Assembly: GCF_001194135.2 (NCBI RefSeq)
Contig: NC_069004.1
Location: 30,858,679 to 30,912,638 of the forward strand
Origin: Octopus bimaculoides
Lineage: Eukaryota
Direction of reading: 5' to 3'
Length of the DNA: 53,960 nucleotides
Under the pieces are notes generated by a model. That model saw nothing but the letters and a program-made list of their open reading frames with translations. It was not told the DNA's origin and did no database searches. A program made the position numbers and the translations under genes. Positions 37,170 through 49,916 of the stretch are shown in pieces (the first letter of the stretch is position 1; every line of letters begins with the position of its first letter).

Positions 37170-37539
37170 GGGTACAGTTTTGATTTGAAAACACCTACAT
37201 TCACTTTGTGTAGGTCCCTCAGGCTCTTTGGGAAAATATTAAAAAGTTGTGGGCCCTTGAAACCCAGGTTGTTGCAGTAACTGGTCCTGAAGCACAATAG
37301 CACTTCTGCGTTCTTTGGCAGTGTGCAGTGTCGACCCATCCTGGCATTTGTGTAGCTTTCAATGCCAAAATTTGGCACAAACCCTTCCTGTATCTTCCAG
37401 ATGTAAATTACCACATATTTCTCCTGGCTTCGCTCCAGGGGGTAGAGTCTTAGCTGCTTCAGCCTCTCCCAGTAGCTGAGGTGTTGCAATGAGACGATCT
37501 TCTTTGTGAAGCTTCGTTGGATTGCTTCAAAGTCCGCTC

Positions 37540-37540
<1 letters not shown>
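37170..37540 (-). pseudogene. CR1/L2-type LINE ORF2 C-terminal fragment
   Basis: ADFEAIQRSFTKKI..LSYWERLKQLRLYPLERSQEKYVVIYIWKIQEGFVPN...GPQLFNIFPKSLR...FKSKL matches the LE.VQR.FTK...LSY.ERL..L.L.SLE.RR...FN.LP...FK.KLD motif series of CR1-like elements. Confidence 0.85.
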
Positions 37541-37583
<43 letters not shown>

Positions 37584-37906
37584 ATATACATATCAAATAT
37601 GGTATGCGTGATATTTTAAAATCAAAATGACAACTAGACCCTGCACCTTCACACACATGCATGTGTGTCAGAAGAGTTACTGGGAGTTGAAGTGGGTACA
37701 CTCAGGGGCGCCTGCTGCTTGAAAATTTAATAGTGAAGTGGATGATTAACATTTTATCAAAGTATACACTTGTACCCACTTCACTATGCATTTTATGTAT
37801 ATATGTATGCATATGTATATGTGTGTGTGTATATATATTTATGTATGCATGTATATATGTACGTGTGTATGGTATGTAGATGTGTATATGTATGTGTGTA
37901 TATGTT

Positions 37907-37940
<34 letters not shown>

Positions 37941-38559
37941 CATACACACGCACACACACATGTAGGCTATGTACACATGTATATGTAATGTATGATGTGT
38001 GTGTGTGTGTGCATTNNNNNNNNNNNNNNNNNNNNNNNNNNNNNNNNNNNNNNNNNNNNNNNNNNNNNNNNNNNNNNNNNNNNNNNNNNNNNNNNNNNNN
38101 NNNNNNNNNNNNNNNNNNNNNNNNNNNNNNNNNNNNNNNNNNNNNNNNNNNNNNNNNNNNNNNNNNNNNNNNNNNNNNNNNNNNNNNNNNNNNNNNNNNN
38201 NNNNNNNNNNNNNNNNNNNNNNNNNNNNNNNNNNNNNNNNNNNNNNNNNNNNNNNNNNNNNNNNNNNNNNNNNNNNNNNNNNNNNNNNNNNNNNNNNNNN
38301 NNNNNNNNNNNNNNNNNNNNNNNNNNNNNNNNNNNNNNNNNNNNNNNNNNNNNNNNNNNNNNNNNNNNNNNNNNNNNNNNNNNNNNNNNNNNNNNNNNNN
38401 NNNNNNNNNNNNNNNNNNNNNNNNNNNNNNNNNNNNNNNNNNNNNNNNNNNNNNNNNNNNNNNNNNNNNNNNNNNNNNNNNNNNNNNNNNNNNNNNNNNN
38501 NNGCTCATGCATGCACGCACGCACTCACATTCTCTTTTCGTCTTTGCTGTCAATATGTC

Positions 38560-39130
38560 TACCTCCCCCCTCCACCACCGCCACTTCTTTTATTCCTTGC
38601 CTCCTCCCATCTCTACGATCGTATTTCCCCCCCCCCCATCGACAATGGACCAAAACGTTTGCAGTGGGTGGTGACAACTGCTCCCCTCACCCTTGTTCCC
38701 CTCGTTTACACCTGGCTCCACCCTTCACACCGACTTAATCACGCTTCATCAACATTTTTCACATCTCTTTTTTTTCTTGTCTGCATCACCATCACCACCA
38801 TCATCATCATCATATTCACCGCCACCACCACCACCATCATCATCACCATCTTCAGTCATCATCATCATCACCAAGACAAACGTCATTGTCACCAACATCA
38901 TCATCAGCATCATCATTGCCACCATCATCCTCACAAACATTACCACCATCAGCATTACCACCATCATCATCATCATCATCATCACCAACATCATCAGCAG
39001 TGACACCATCACACCACCCCGGACACTGCTACTGCTGTCTCCACTAATACTACTATTTCTGTGCCACTACCACTGATATTACTACCATTGTTACCACTCC
39101 CATTTACTCTCCCCCACCATCACCACCACC
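38560..39130. repeat. (CAT/CAC)n low-complexity tract
   Basis: Read directly. Confidence 0.9.
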
Positions 39131-39340
39131 AGTAAAATAAAATAAAATAAAATAAATTAGTCACTGTTAAGCTAGTCTTGGGATCATAAATTAACAACAA
39201 TTTAAAACAAGATCTCGAGGAACCCACGAGGGGGAGCTTCTATGCCCAGAGGTGGCATTCACATTTGAAACTGTCCCAGTGCATGCTGTTAAAAGATGTA
39301 CGATGGGGTGGTTCTGTTTACATAAAAAAACTGGCATCAA

Positions 39341-39595
39341 CCCTTTCGTTACCGTATTTCTGTTGAAATATGCTGCCTTCGTTTCAACCAGTTTCGAAAA
39401 TAATGAAGAAATTAGTATAAAATAACTTTTACTATTTAAGCTGGAGTTTGGAACATAAATTAACACGAAATTTTGGTGGAAGGTTTTAACTTCAATCATT
39501 TTTTAATCTTTTTGTTGGCATATTTCAGTTGAAATAAACTACCTTTGTTTTTGTAAATTTTGAAAATTAATTAAGAATTTAGTAAAATAAATTAG
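39341..39595 (+). mobile_element. Family B MITE 5' half followed by a second partial copy
   Basis: CCCTTTCGTTACCGTATTTCTGTTGAAATA start; the block repeats at about 39520. Confidence 0.7.
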
Positions 39596-39601
39596 TGACT
39601 G

Positions 39602-39766
39602 CACTAGCGTAGCTAGAGTGTGTGCCGCCCAGGACAGCTCTTCCATTTGCCGTCCCCAGACCCCCACAAAAAACACATATTGCCTGCAGCAGACCCAAAA
39701 GTGGTGCCCTTTTAAAAGTGCCACCCCGGGACGAACTGCCCCTACCGCCCCCACCTAGCTACGCCA
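39602..39766. mobile_element. GC-rich hAT-type MITE
   Basis: Inverted ends TAGCGTAGCTAG / CTAGCTACGCCA; TSD not resolved. Confidence 0.6.
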
Positions 39767-41369
39767 TAACTTAGCAGTTCAGCGAAAGGCGATCAATAGA
39801 ATAAGTACCTGACTTACAAGTAATAAACTACGGGGGGNNNNNNNNNNNNNNNNNNNNNNNNNNNNNNNNNNNNNNNNNNNNNNNNNNNNNNNNNNNNNNN
39901 NNNNNNNNNNNNNNNNNNNNNNNNNNNNNNNNNNNNNNNNNNNNNNNNNNNNNNNNNNNNNNNNNNNNNNNNNNNNNNNNNNNNNNNNNNNNNNNNNNNN
40001 NNNNNNNNNNNNNNNNNNNNNNNNNNNNNNNNNNNNNNNNNNNNNNNNNNNNNNNNNNNNNNNNNNNNNNNNNNNNNNNNNNNNNNNNNNNNNNNNNNNN
40101 NNNNNNNNNNNNNNNNNNNNNNNNNNNNNNNNNNNNNNNNNNNNNNNNNNNNNNNNNNNNNNNNNNNNNNNNNNNNNNNNNNNNNNNNNNNNNNNNNNNN
40201 NNNNNNNNNNNNNNNNNNNNNNNNNNNNNNNNNNNNNNNNNNNNNNNNNNNNNNNNNNNNNNNNNNNNNNNNNNNNNNNNNNNNNNNNNNNNNNNNNNNN
40301 NNNNNNNNNNNNNNNNNNNNTTGAATAAAAGAATTTTTGTTTTTGTTTTTAATATTTATGTTTCTGTTACTGCTTTTTTTTTGCTTTTTTTTTTGGTATA
40401 TCTTGTTTTCTAACAAATCTGATCCGTTTTATCCATGTGTAGGGAAGAAGTTTATTTTTTTTTATTATTAATATTCTATGGATGTATTTTTTTGTTTTTT
40501 GTTTATTTCAGAATAAAGTGTTGAGTTTGATGTAAAAACACAAAATTTCTTTTATATTTGTATATATATGTATGTCTATATTTATGCATGTATATATGCA
40601 TGTGTATGTTTGTGCGTATGTATGTACGTATGTATATTTATGTGTGTGAATGTATGTTTGTGTATGTATATGTTTATGTGTGTGTGGGGGTAGATGTTTC
40701 TCTGTGTATGTATGTATATGTTTGTCTATATGTGTATGTGTGTGTGTGTATATATATATATTTATTTATTCTACTTCCATTAATCATTGAACTGCAACAG
40801 TGCTGGGACAACTTAACTCTCCCTATTCCTTCCTCTCTCTCTCTCTCTCTCTACATATGTATGACTGTGTGTGTGAGTGTCTGTGCATATGTGATTACCA
40901 TAAATTTAATTTCGCAGTTAAAAGCCTAATATACATTATTTCAATATATTTTACTCTACAACCACCTACGCAGTCAGGATTTCAATATAATCTACACTAA
41001 CTTTTACATCTAACTATGCAACCAATATTTCAATATAGTTTTTAGTACTGACCATTATATCAATGTGGTCACTATTTTAGCCCTTTTACTGCAGAAATCA
41101 GATATATCCACCCAAGATTTCATTTATACTTAACTGCAGAAAGCAGCTTTATACACCAAATCTATCTTTTGTTGGGGAATGTCATGTTTGGAGCTGTTTT
41201 TGTTTCTGAGATATGTCCAGTTTATTGATGCAACATGACATGCAGAAAATACCAATTCTCTTTTTTTTTTTGGTAGATATTTAACATCGTTAATGGAATA
41301 ACCAGGAAATTTAATTTTGCAGGGAAGGGTCCAGGGATAAGTTTAATGAAGTGACTTTGTTTTTTTCAT

Positions 41370-41570
41370 CGTTATTATTTAACGTCTCCCTTCCATGCTG
41401 ACCTACGTTGGATGATTTGACCGACGCCGGTGAACCAGAGAACTGCACCAAGCAATATTGTTTCCTTTGGTATGGTTCTTATGGCTGGAAGCCCTTACTA
41501 GCGCCGACCAATTTACGGAGTGTATTGGGTGCTTTTTACATGGCACCAGGACCAGCAAGGTCACCAAGTA
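41370..41570 (-). mobile_element. S4 SINE
   Basis: Reverse S4 blocks (TTTAACGTCTCCCTTCCATGCTG..GGGTGCTTTTTACATGGCACC). Confidence 0.7.
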
Positions 41571-41635
41571 ATATGGAAGGCAAAGACCCCTCAATTGAGG
41601 GAGGTGAATTTGTGCAAGATAATGAGAGATTAGGG

Positions 41636-42208
41636 GAGTGGTTCTCAGCTGGGGTCCATATGGCCCCTGGGGGTCTATATAAGATTTTTTAAGGGGTCCA
41701 CACAATGAAATAGTAAATTGGGGGTCCACAATTGTATTTTAGGGGCCCCGGAAAAAAATTTGCTTTCGATGTATGAATTGGTGTGTATTACAAGAAACCG
41801 TTTGAATTCTTTCTCTAACATTTTACATAATTCAACCTTCACGAGGGAATGTGTGGGAAAGAAAATAGGGACTTTGAAAGAAGTTACTATAAAACTAGTT
41901 TCTAAACATCAAATGGCTCGGGGGGTCGACCAGAATAAAATAGTAACCAAAAGTGTCCATAGATAGATAATAGTTGAGAACCCCTGCTTTAGTTGTATGG
42001 ATTAGTACATATTGCAAGAAACAGCTAGGTTTTTTTTCTCTAACATTTTACATAGCTCAGCCTACACAAGTGGACATGTGAAAAGTGAAATAGGAATTTT
42101 GAAAGAAGTTTTTATAAAACTAATTTTGCAACATTGAATGGCTAAGGGGGTCCACCAGATTAAAATAGTAATCAAAGGGGTCCAAAAAAAAAATGGTTGA
42201 GAACCCCC
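41636..42208 (+). mobile_element. hAT/Charlie-type MITE (41636-41986) plus a tandem copy of its 3' half (to 42208)
   Basis: Ends GAGTGGTTCTCAGC / GTTGAGAACCCCTG; internal blocks and the right TIR repeat at about 41990-42208. Confidence 0.7.
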
Positions 42209-42707
42209 AAGTTAGAAGAGAAACAGGCGTCTTGCAGTTGAGGAAATTCATGGTTATCCAAATTGGAAAAGAAGGAAGAGAGATAGAGGGTGGGTTGCAT
42301 GTGAGTGAGAAAGATAGAGAGAGTGAGGTGTAGTTCATGCGGTTTATTTCCAGATTCAAAAACAGGAAAAACGTAAAAGATGGTAAAACGGTTCCCCAGC
42401 TGAAGATGTGACTAAGCAACGCTGACAAAGGGAAAAGAAGTCTTTCTGTGTGTACGCACTTATTTGCCAATGACTCCTTGTCACTTACTCGTCTAGTCTA
42501 TCAAATAAGAACTGGACGGAGAACTGATAAGGGCTTGCCAGGCATGCATACATCTGATACTAGAAGCACATCGTAAGACGTACATCACAATAACTTAATC
42601 AACACCACGAGCAGATTGACACCTGACTCTCACCCACAAAATGAATCCTGTTAATTGTAAGTATTACTGTAGTTTCTTCTTTCCTTTTAAATGACTGGTT
42701 TTAACAA

Positions 42708-42929
42708 CCCTTTAGCATTTAAACCAGACAGATCCGGCCCAAATATTCTACTTTTTTTTTTATGTTTAAAACTCAGCCAGATCTGACCTCTCACACCTAC
42801 ACTACAATGTCATTCTAAAAACAACCAATCACATCATCGAAATATCAAAGCTACATGAATGATTGATGGTTAACTTAAATTCAAACTATTGCGAATAAAA
42901 TTTGAGAGAGTCATCTGAATGCTAAAAGA
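42708..42929 (+). mobile_element. TTAA-type MITE family A
   Basis: CCCTTTAGCATTT ... AATGCTAAAAGA-TTAA; collinear with 28001-28220. Confidence 0.8.
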
Positions 42930-43180
42930 TTAACTGGTTTATTTTGTGTGTGTTTTTCTGGTCTGTGTGTGTTTTTCTGGTCCAGTAACCTGCTGAAACT
43001 CAGAGTTGTAATAGACTTGTAATAAATATCATTTTTGCATCACATGTTGTGACCTTTTATTTGTACAAGGACACGAAATTCAGTACCATATGACCTCTAT
43101 AAGAAAAGCCTGTGAACTTCCAGAATTGATATTATGAAAGATTGATTTAATTTAATTCAGTTTTATTTCCCCTTTTGTTT

Positions 43181-43223
43181 CAGCATGACTAGACTGTCTT
43201 AAAGTAATTGAAACCGGTAGCTG
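43181..43223 (+). ncRNA. Minimal type-I hammerhead variant (A3-U8), stem II decayed
   Basis: CAGC-ATGACTA-GACTG..TAATT-GAAA-CCGG-TA-GCTG; palindromic stem III ACCGGT; GUA cleavage site. Confidence 0.55.
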
Positions 43224-43295
43224 CTTAGTTAAAAATGCAAATAATACAATCTTTCTGTGTTCCATGATAAAGTTCTCTTTATTTTTCCAATATAA

Positions 43296-43626
43296 ATAGA
43301 AAGGCATAGGAAAAATTTCTTTAGACTTTGCAAAAATTTAGGACTAATCTCCACAATGAGTAAAGATTATCATAGAGTGAATTTTCTTGAGGCTACCTTC
43401 TGTCTTGATACTGGATCATTTGAACCATTTCATAAACCAAATGATCATATTAAGTACATTAACGTAGCATCCAACCATCCACCCTTGATTATACAGCAAC
43501 TGGTTAAAAATATTTCTACAAGAATCTCTAGATTATCTGCTAATAATAAATTTTTTTAAATCACATGCAGTTTGTTATAATGCTTCTCTAGCTAGGACTG
43601 GGTACTATGAAAAAATTCAATATATA
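43296..43626 (+). pseudogene. Penelope-like element reverse transcriptase C-terminal fragment
   Basis: IERHRKNFFRLCKNLGL...VNFLEATFCLDTGSFEPFHKPNDHIKYINVASNHPPLII...ISTRISRLS, then frameshifted YNASLARTGYYEKIQY; matches the PLE pattern VNFLD.T.DL..G.Y.PY.KPN....Y....SNHPP...R.S.LS...YN.AL..SGY. Confidence 0.85.
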
Positions 43627-44577
43627 CAAGAAGCAGGTATGCACAACACTGGTAATTCCTCCAACTGTGATGCACATTGTAGCCACCACAAGGTCACACT
43701 TTGAGAACTCACTCAGATAAAGAATATAGGCCAGAAGAATTGGTCATATCAATGAACTACCAACAAAAACTCATAGACACACGCGACATAATAATCTGAT
43801 AAAATAAGCACCAGACTACCAAATAACTAATAAGTACCAGAATCAATTCATTCAACTAAAACACTTCAAGATGGTGCCCCAGCATGGTCGCAGTTCAATG
43901 ACTGAAACAAGTAACAGGTAAAAGGCAATACCTTAAAATAAAATCTTAAATAAAACAAGTTGCTCGTTTGTATTATTTTCAAATAAATATGCTACTTTTT
44001 TTTTTTTCTAAATTCTATCAACATAATCACAATCTACTCCATCAAAAACCTATTTCTGCACAATCTGGAATCTTCCCCATAACTGCTGTCTGTCATTTAC
44101 TCCCCATCTTCTATTTTCTTATTCATTGCCTGACACCAAGCCTAGTATATGCACTCATCTTGCACATTTTATGTCAAATCTCTATGTATCTCTCTCTCCC
44201 GCTCCCCCAACCGCCTCACTATATGATGTAAAATATAACCAAAGAAATCAACCAACCGAACAGCTTACATTTATATGGGTTATTATTCTTCTTCATTATT
44301 TCATCTCCATTTTCTATGATGGTTTCACAGGATCCAGCAAGCTGCAGGGTTACGTTGAGCTCCAACATCTGTTTTGGCATGGTTTCTAATGACTGGACGC
44401 CCTTCTTGACACCAACTACCTTACGGCCTCTACTGGGTGTTTTATTGCACCACACTGTGAAGGGGTTGGTGGCGGGGTGGGCAACAAGCTGTGCAAACCA
44501 TGTCAAATAAACCATAGAGTATGACCCACTCCTTGGACCATCACACTTGGTCAAACCATCTGCAGTGAGGACAATTT

Positions 44578-44965
44578 CTATTATAGCATATTCATTTCTA
44601 CTCTAGATACAAGGCCTGAAATTTTGGGGGAGGGGATCAGTCGATTAGATCAACCCCAGGTGATATGATGCTAAGCATTTCACCCAGCGTGCTAACGTTT
44701 CTGCCAGCTCACTCACTGCCTTTCTATTATGGCATAATGTTTTCTACTCCAAAAAGAATAAGCCCAAAATTTGGTGGGGACATGGCCAGTCACTTAGATC
44801 AACCCCAGTACACAACTGGTATTTAATATATTGACCCCAAAAAGATGAAAGACAAAGTTGACCTCAGCAGAATTTGAACTCAGAACATAAAAAGGTACAA
44901 TGTACCATCAGGAATTGAACTCCTGACCTTACAATTGCAAGTCAAATATCCTAACCACTAAGCCA
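44578..44965 (-). mobile_element. Cluster of S2 fragments and an S3 head
   Basis: Reverse S2 tail, head and body blocks, plus CCTAACCACTAAGCCAC. Confidence 0.7.
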
Positions 44966-44999
44966 CACACACACACACACACTATTCTGTATAACTTAG

Positions 45000-45809
45000 C
45001 CACATCATACATACACCCTTGTCCTTGTTATGCATAATCCTATAATCTCACCCAAAAACACACCTCTCTTCTTTATAACACACACACATACACTCACACA
45101 TATCTGTCCCCATAACACACACACACACATGTCCCCCATAACACACACACACACACACACACACACGTCCCCATAACATACACACGCACAAACATATCTG
45201 TTCGCTATAAAACACACATACATATCTGTCCCCCATAACACACACACACACACATCTGTTCTTCATAACACACATACACACTAACTTATAACACATTATA
45301 AACATACACACACACCTCTCTTCCTATTACACACACATACATACACACACATATGCATACACACACACATACACATACCTCTTCTCTATTACGGATGCAC
45401 ACACATACACACATCTGGTCCCCATAACACACACATACACACTAACTTTTCTTCTTATAACACATTATAAACACACACACACACCTCTCTTCCATGTTAC
45501 AAACACACACACAACACATACACACCTTTTCCCAATTACACACACACATCTTTTCCCCATAACACACACGTTTAAACTTTCTCTCTTATAACACATCATA
45601 GTCACACACACACACAACATACACACACACACACACGCACACAGACACACATACACATACACACCTTTTCTCTATTACATACACATACATACACACACGT
45701 TTCCCATAACACATTTACACTAACTTTCTCTCTAACACATCATAAACTCACACACACACATCTCTGACCCCTACAGCAGACACATACACTCCACTTTCCT
45801 ATAGAACTC
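45000..45809. repeat. Degenerate CA-rich satellite with recurring CCCCATAACAC / CTTATAACAC motifs
   Basis: Read directly. Confidence 0.8.
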
Positions 45810-46859
45810 NNNNNNNNNNNNNNNNNNNNNNNNNNNNNNNNNNNNNNNNNNNNNNNNNNNNNNNNNNNNNNNNNNNNNNNNNNNNNNNNNNNNNNNNNNN
45901 NNNNNNNNNNNNNNNNNNNNNNNNNNNNNNNNNNNNNNNNNNNNNNNNNNNNNNNNNNNNNNNNNNNNNNNNNNNNNNNNNNNNNNNNNNNNNNNNNNNN
46001 NNNNNNNNNNNNNNNNNNNNNNNNNNNNNNNNNNNNNNNNNNNNNNNNNNNNNNNNNNNNNNNNNNNNNNNNNNNNNNNNNNNNNNNNNNNNNNNNNNNN
46101 NNNNNNNNNNNNNNNNNNNNNNNNNNNNNNNNNNATAGACTTTGTTTTAGCAGAAATCATGTGATCACACGCTTGAGTTGTTTTGTGGAGGGGTGGCGAT
46201 GGGGTGGCCGAGCTGATGATTATTTATTTATTTTTTTTATTTAGCTCATTCTCCCTCCCCCTCTTTTTCTCTCTGCCTCCCTCTCTCCTCCCTGTCTTAC
46301 TCTTTTTCTCTCTCTTTTTCCTTTCTGTTTCTCATTCCATCTCTCTCTCTCATCATCTCTGCTTCTGAGTCTTTCTCCCTCTCTTTCTCTCCTCTGATTC
46401 ATATCTTTCTCTCTCCCTCTCTCTCCTTTTTCTCTCTCTTCCTCTCTGCTTCTCAGTCTTTCTCTCTTTCTCCCCATCTCCCTCTCTGCTTCAGTCTTTC
46501 TCCCTCTCTTGCTTCCCCCCTCTCTCTCCTTGCAACTGATAATGTTAATGATGATTTTGTTTTTGCTATTGTTTTTTATAGATTTTGACAGAAAAACATT
46601 TTTTACTGTTTTTATTAGATTTTTTTTCTCTTGATTATTTTGTTTTTGGTTTTTGTTGTTTCTTTTGTAGTTTATGTCATCATGTCTCTTTTTCATCTTT
46701 TAGTCAGTAAGAGAAAGCAATGCCCATGACCCTTTTTAGGGTGCCCCAAAACTCTTGGCTTAAAGCTATCCTAAAAACCAGAAACCAGGTCCCAAAAACT
46801 CACAACTGTTAACAAGCCCCTTAATTTCTTAGGAGTTGTTAGGGTGCTGCAGCCATGCA

Positions 46860-47150
46860 GCATATCTGAGTGGACTGGAGCAACGTAAAGTGAAGTGTTT
46901 TGCTCAAGGACACAACAGATCGCCCAGACCAGTGATTGAAACCACAACCTTACAGTCATGAGCCCAACACCCTAACCACTGAGCAACACACCTGCACTAG
47001 TGGTACTCATTTCTACAGCTGAATGGACTGGAGCAACGTGAAGTGAAGAGACTTGCTCAAGGACATAATAGATCACCCAGTCAAGGGATCGAAACCACAA
47101 CCTTACGATCGTGAGCCTAACACCCTAACCACTAAGCTACGCACCTCCAG
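46860..47150 (-). mobile_element. Tandem pair of S3 SINE 5' halves
   Basis: GGACTGGAGCAACGT..GCTCAAGGACA..AAACCACAACCTTAC..CCCTAACCACT occurs twice. Confidence 0.8.
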
Positions 47151-47204
47151 TGTAGACTCTGCTAAAGACACCTAAGCTCACATCATGTAATACATGATAC
47201 TGGT

Positions 47205-47405
47205 TTCAAATTTTGGCACAAGGGCAGCTTTTTTGGGGAGGGGACGAGTCAATTACATCGACCCCAGTATTTAACTGGTACTTATTTTATTGACCCTGAA
47301 AGAATGAAAGGTAAGCCGACCCTGGCAGAATTTGAACTCAGAACATGAAGATGGTTGAAATGCTGCTAAACATTTTGCCCAGCATAGAAACAATTTTGCC
47401 TGCTC
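47205..47405 (-). mobile_element. S2 SINE
   Basis: Reverse S2 blocks. Confidence 0.8.
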
Positions 47406-47694
47406 CCCATGTTTGTATAATATACAATATTATTCTATGTGTAGTACCACAAAACCTCGGTTTCTCTGTATATTTCACACAAATAATCAAAAAGGTCTCG
47501 GTCACTAGTCATTGCTTCTGTGAGGCCCAAAGTTCAAAGATCATGCTTCATCACTTTGTCCTATGTCTTCCTGGGTCTACCTCTACCACAGGTTCCATCC
47601 ACAGTTAGAGATCAGCACTTCTTTACACAAAGATCAGTATTTCACTATATTTTACACTAACCTAAACATCTAACTCTGGCCAGTATTTCAATAT

Positions 47695-49149
47695 ATTCTC
47701 GAGATGAGAATGCAAGAAGTGCATTTTAAGGGACATTCAGCATCCCATTCTTTCATATGCTGTTAGCATGTTGTTCATCAAACCAGCAGAGTTTTCAGCT
47801 CTATGATTTCCAAGAAAGTTCTGTACAATCAACTCAAACGAATCCCATGCCGTCAGCTCAACTGGATTCTGTTTACCTCTGAATTTCCTATCAGATATCA
47901 ATTCTCTGATCTCGTTTCAGTTTTGTGTCACTTTTCTCCGCACCAAATTTTACTTTTAGGAACTGGAAGCCACAACAATCGTATGTCATTGCTTTTACCA
48001 AGTTTTTCATGAAGCTGAGTTTGATGTGAAAAGATGGAAGGAAGATCTTTTGCAGGTCTACCAGTGGCATATGCTGCACATTGTACCGACCAACTATGCA
48101 CTCATCTCATTTAGGCTAGTCTTTTACATTGTAATGGTTGCTGTCGTCGCTGTTGTTCCAAATACACAAGAAGCACAAAATGTTTGGTATACTCCAGCTG
48201 TAGTCCTAGGAGGAAGGAAAACACCTTTAAATCACCACAAATATTGCACATATGAACTGAGTAATTAACTCCTTTCAGAATGAGTTCCATCAATTCATAA
48301 GTTTCTTCCATATCGACAACATGACTGACAGGAATGTAAAGTTTTCCATAATCATTATGTGACAACACAGCTTTGAGGCTAACCTCAAGTCTATAAACAA
48401 TCTCCATTCGTTGGCCACATGCATTTGTCCTAGTTTTTGCATGAGTGCAATCATGTCAGTACAGAAACCAGCATTATTTTCTTGCTTGCAAAACACAGAT
48501 AAACTTTTATGACGAGAACAGAAAATGGAAATTTTTGAACCTTGCTGTAGGAGATTCCGTTGTTGTAGTCTGGATCCGAAAACTTTCGCCCTCTCCTTTG
48601 ACAATGCTAAGTTTCTTACTAAATCATTCAAATATTCTTCATTAAACTAGCCTGGCTCATTTTCTTAAAATCACCTAGGTACTCTTCATTGATAGGAGAG
48701 TCAGGGGGTTCATTGGGCGACGTGTCAAGATTTTCAGGTGAAGCATGTGAGAGGGGAACTGGGACAGGGTTCTCGAAGTCATGTAGGACCGGTTTTAGAG
48801 CTGACTTACAATCTGCATACACAATTCTGCTTCAGTCTTCTTTGAGAAACCCCTAATATTAGTCACGCAAAAGTAACAATCAGAGACATGATTGACTGGC
48901 TCACACCATACCATTGGTACAGCAAAAGGCATTCCCTTCTGTTTTCCATTCAGCCACTGTGTAAGCCATTCAGCCACAGCATATATGAGGTGCCCACCTC
49001 TTGTCTTGGTCCCCAACTTTACACTCGAAATAATATTTATAGGCAGTTTTTAATTTGGTGGCAATGTTCTTCCGCTGGTCACATGGAGCAAATTTTCCAC
49101 AGACATAACAAAAATTGTCTGGGAGATTCACACAGTCTCTCCTCGTCAT
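47695..49149 (-). pseudogene. Chapaev3-type transposase with frameshifts and stops
   Basis: CVNLPDNFCYVCG...VGDQDKRWAPHIC; PFAVPMVWCEPVNHVSDCYFC; MNDLVRNLALSKERA; EWRLFID; ICGDLKV..LLGLQLEYTK; LPSFHIKLSFMKNLVKA; FLGNHR; MSLKMHFLHSHL. Ends before the last catalytic Glu motif. Confidence 0.9.
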
Positions 49150-49539
49150 GATCTAACACAATGAATACAGTTAAAACAGTAATCACGCAGAGTGAGAGAT
49201 ACACATACCACATGTGACGGCAGTGCAAACGACACTGAGAGCTACCAAGAACAAACTGACGTATTTGACATTGCACACAATACATAAGCACCATCTAATG
49301 AACTTTCTCAACATTTGTTTTACTGCTGTTATTTATTTTATTTCGAATTAAGACCACGTTCATTTTAGCAAATTTTATAATACAGCCTATATCTAGCTGA
49401 AAGTATAATTATAATCTTGTGCATGCGCATAACTCAAAATCCTGACATGTTAGAACAATTCTGAGTCCGGAATCAGCATCCTCGATTTAGCCTAAAACAC
49501 ATGCTTTTACCCCAGCAGCGAAATCTTTGTTGTCCAGTG
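47695..49539 (-). mobile_element. Chapaev3-type (CMC superfamily) DNA transposon, 3'-truncated
   Basis: Left end CACTGGACAAC at 49539 on the minus strand and transposase homology downstream; no matching right end seen. Confidence 0.85.
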
Positions 49540-49551
49540 TTATTATTAAAA

Positions 49552-49916
49552 CCCTTTTGGTACCAACCCACCTGACATCACTCCTAGTTCTGAGATGTAA
49601 ATTTCTGGTTTTAAAATAATCTAAGTTAAAACATTCCATCAAAATTTCATAATTCTTCGTTATTTTCAAAATTAATTGAAACAAACTCTGTGTATTTCAA
49701 CAGGAATATGGTAACAAAAGGGTTAAAGTCATCTAAATGAAAAACTTCCTTCAAAATTTCATATTAATTTTTGTTCCAGACGCCAGCTTAATAAGACCAA
49801 AGTTATTTTACTAAATCTTTCGTTATTTTCAAAATGAAAGTTTAGTAAATTCTTCATTGTTTTCAAACTTAACCAAAAACAAAGTGAGTTTCAAGAGAAA
49901 TATGGTAAAGAAAGGG
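49552..49916 (-). mobile_element. Family B MITE (49552-49722) joined at the internal TTAA of another B 5' half (49727-49916)
   Basis: TIRs CCCTTTTGGTACC / GGTAACAAAAGGG-TTAA; second GGG-TTAA at 49914-49920. Confidence 0.8.

Larger units (their letters stand above)
625..46134. other. 14 assembly gaps (N runs): 625-868, 2425-2866, 10387-10549, 12989-13652, 14586-15567, 18917-19043, 21513-22226, 26295-26886, 28412-28557, 29692-29871, 33964-34054, 38016-38501, 39838-40320, 45810-46134
   Basis: N characters; most gaps abut microsatellites or homopolymers. Confidence 1.

Noticed and set aside
38693-39076. His-rich or Ile/Thr-rich ORFs
   Set aside because: (CAT/CAC)n trinucleotide tract.
42352-42410. 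Possible plus-strand terminal exon FKNRKNVKDGKTVPQLKM*
   Set aside because: Only an acceptor-like site and 18 codons; expected by chance.
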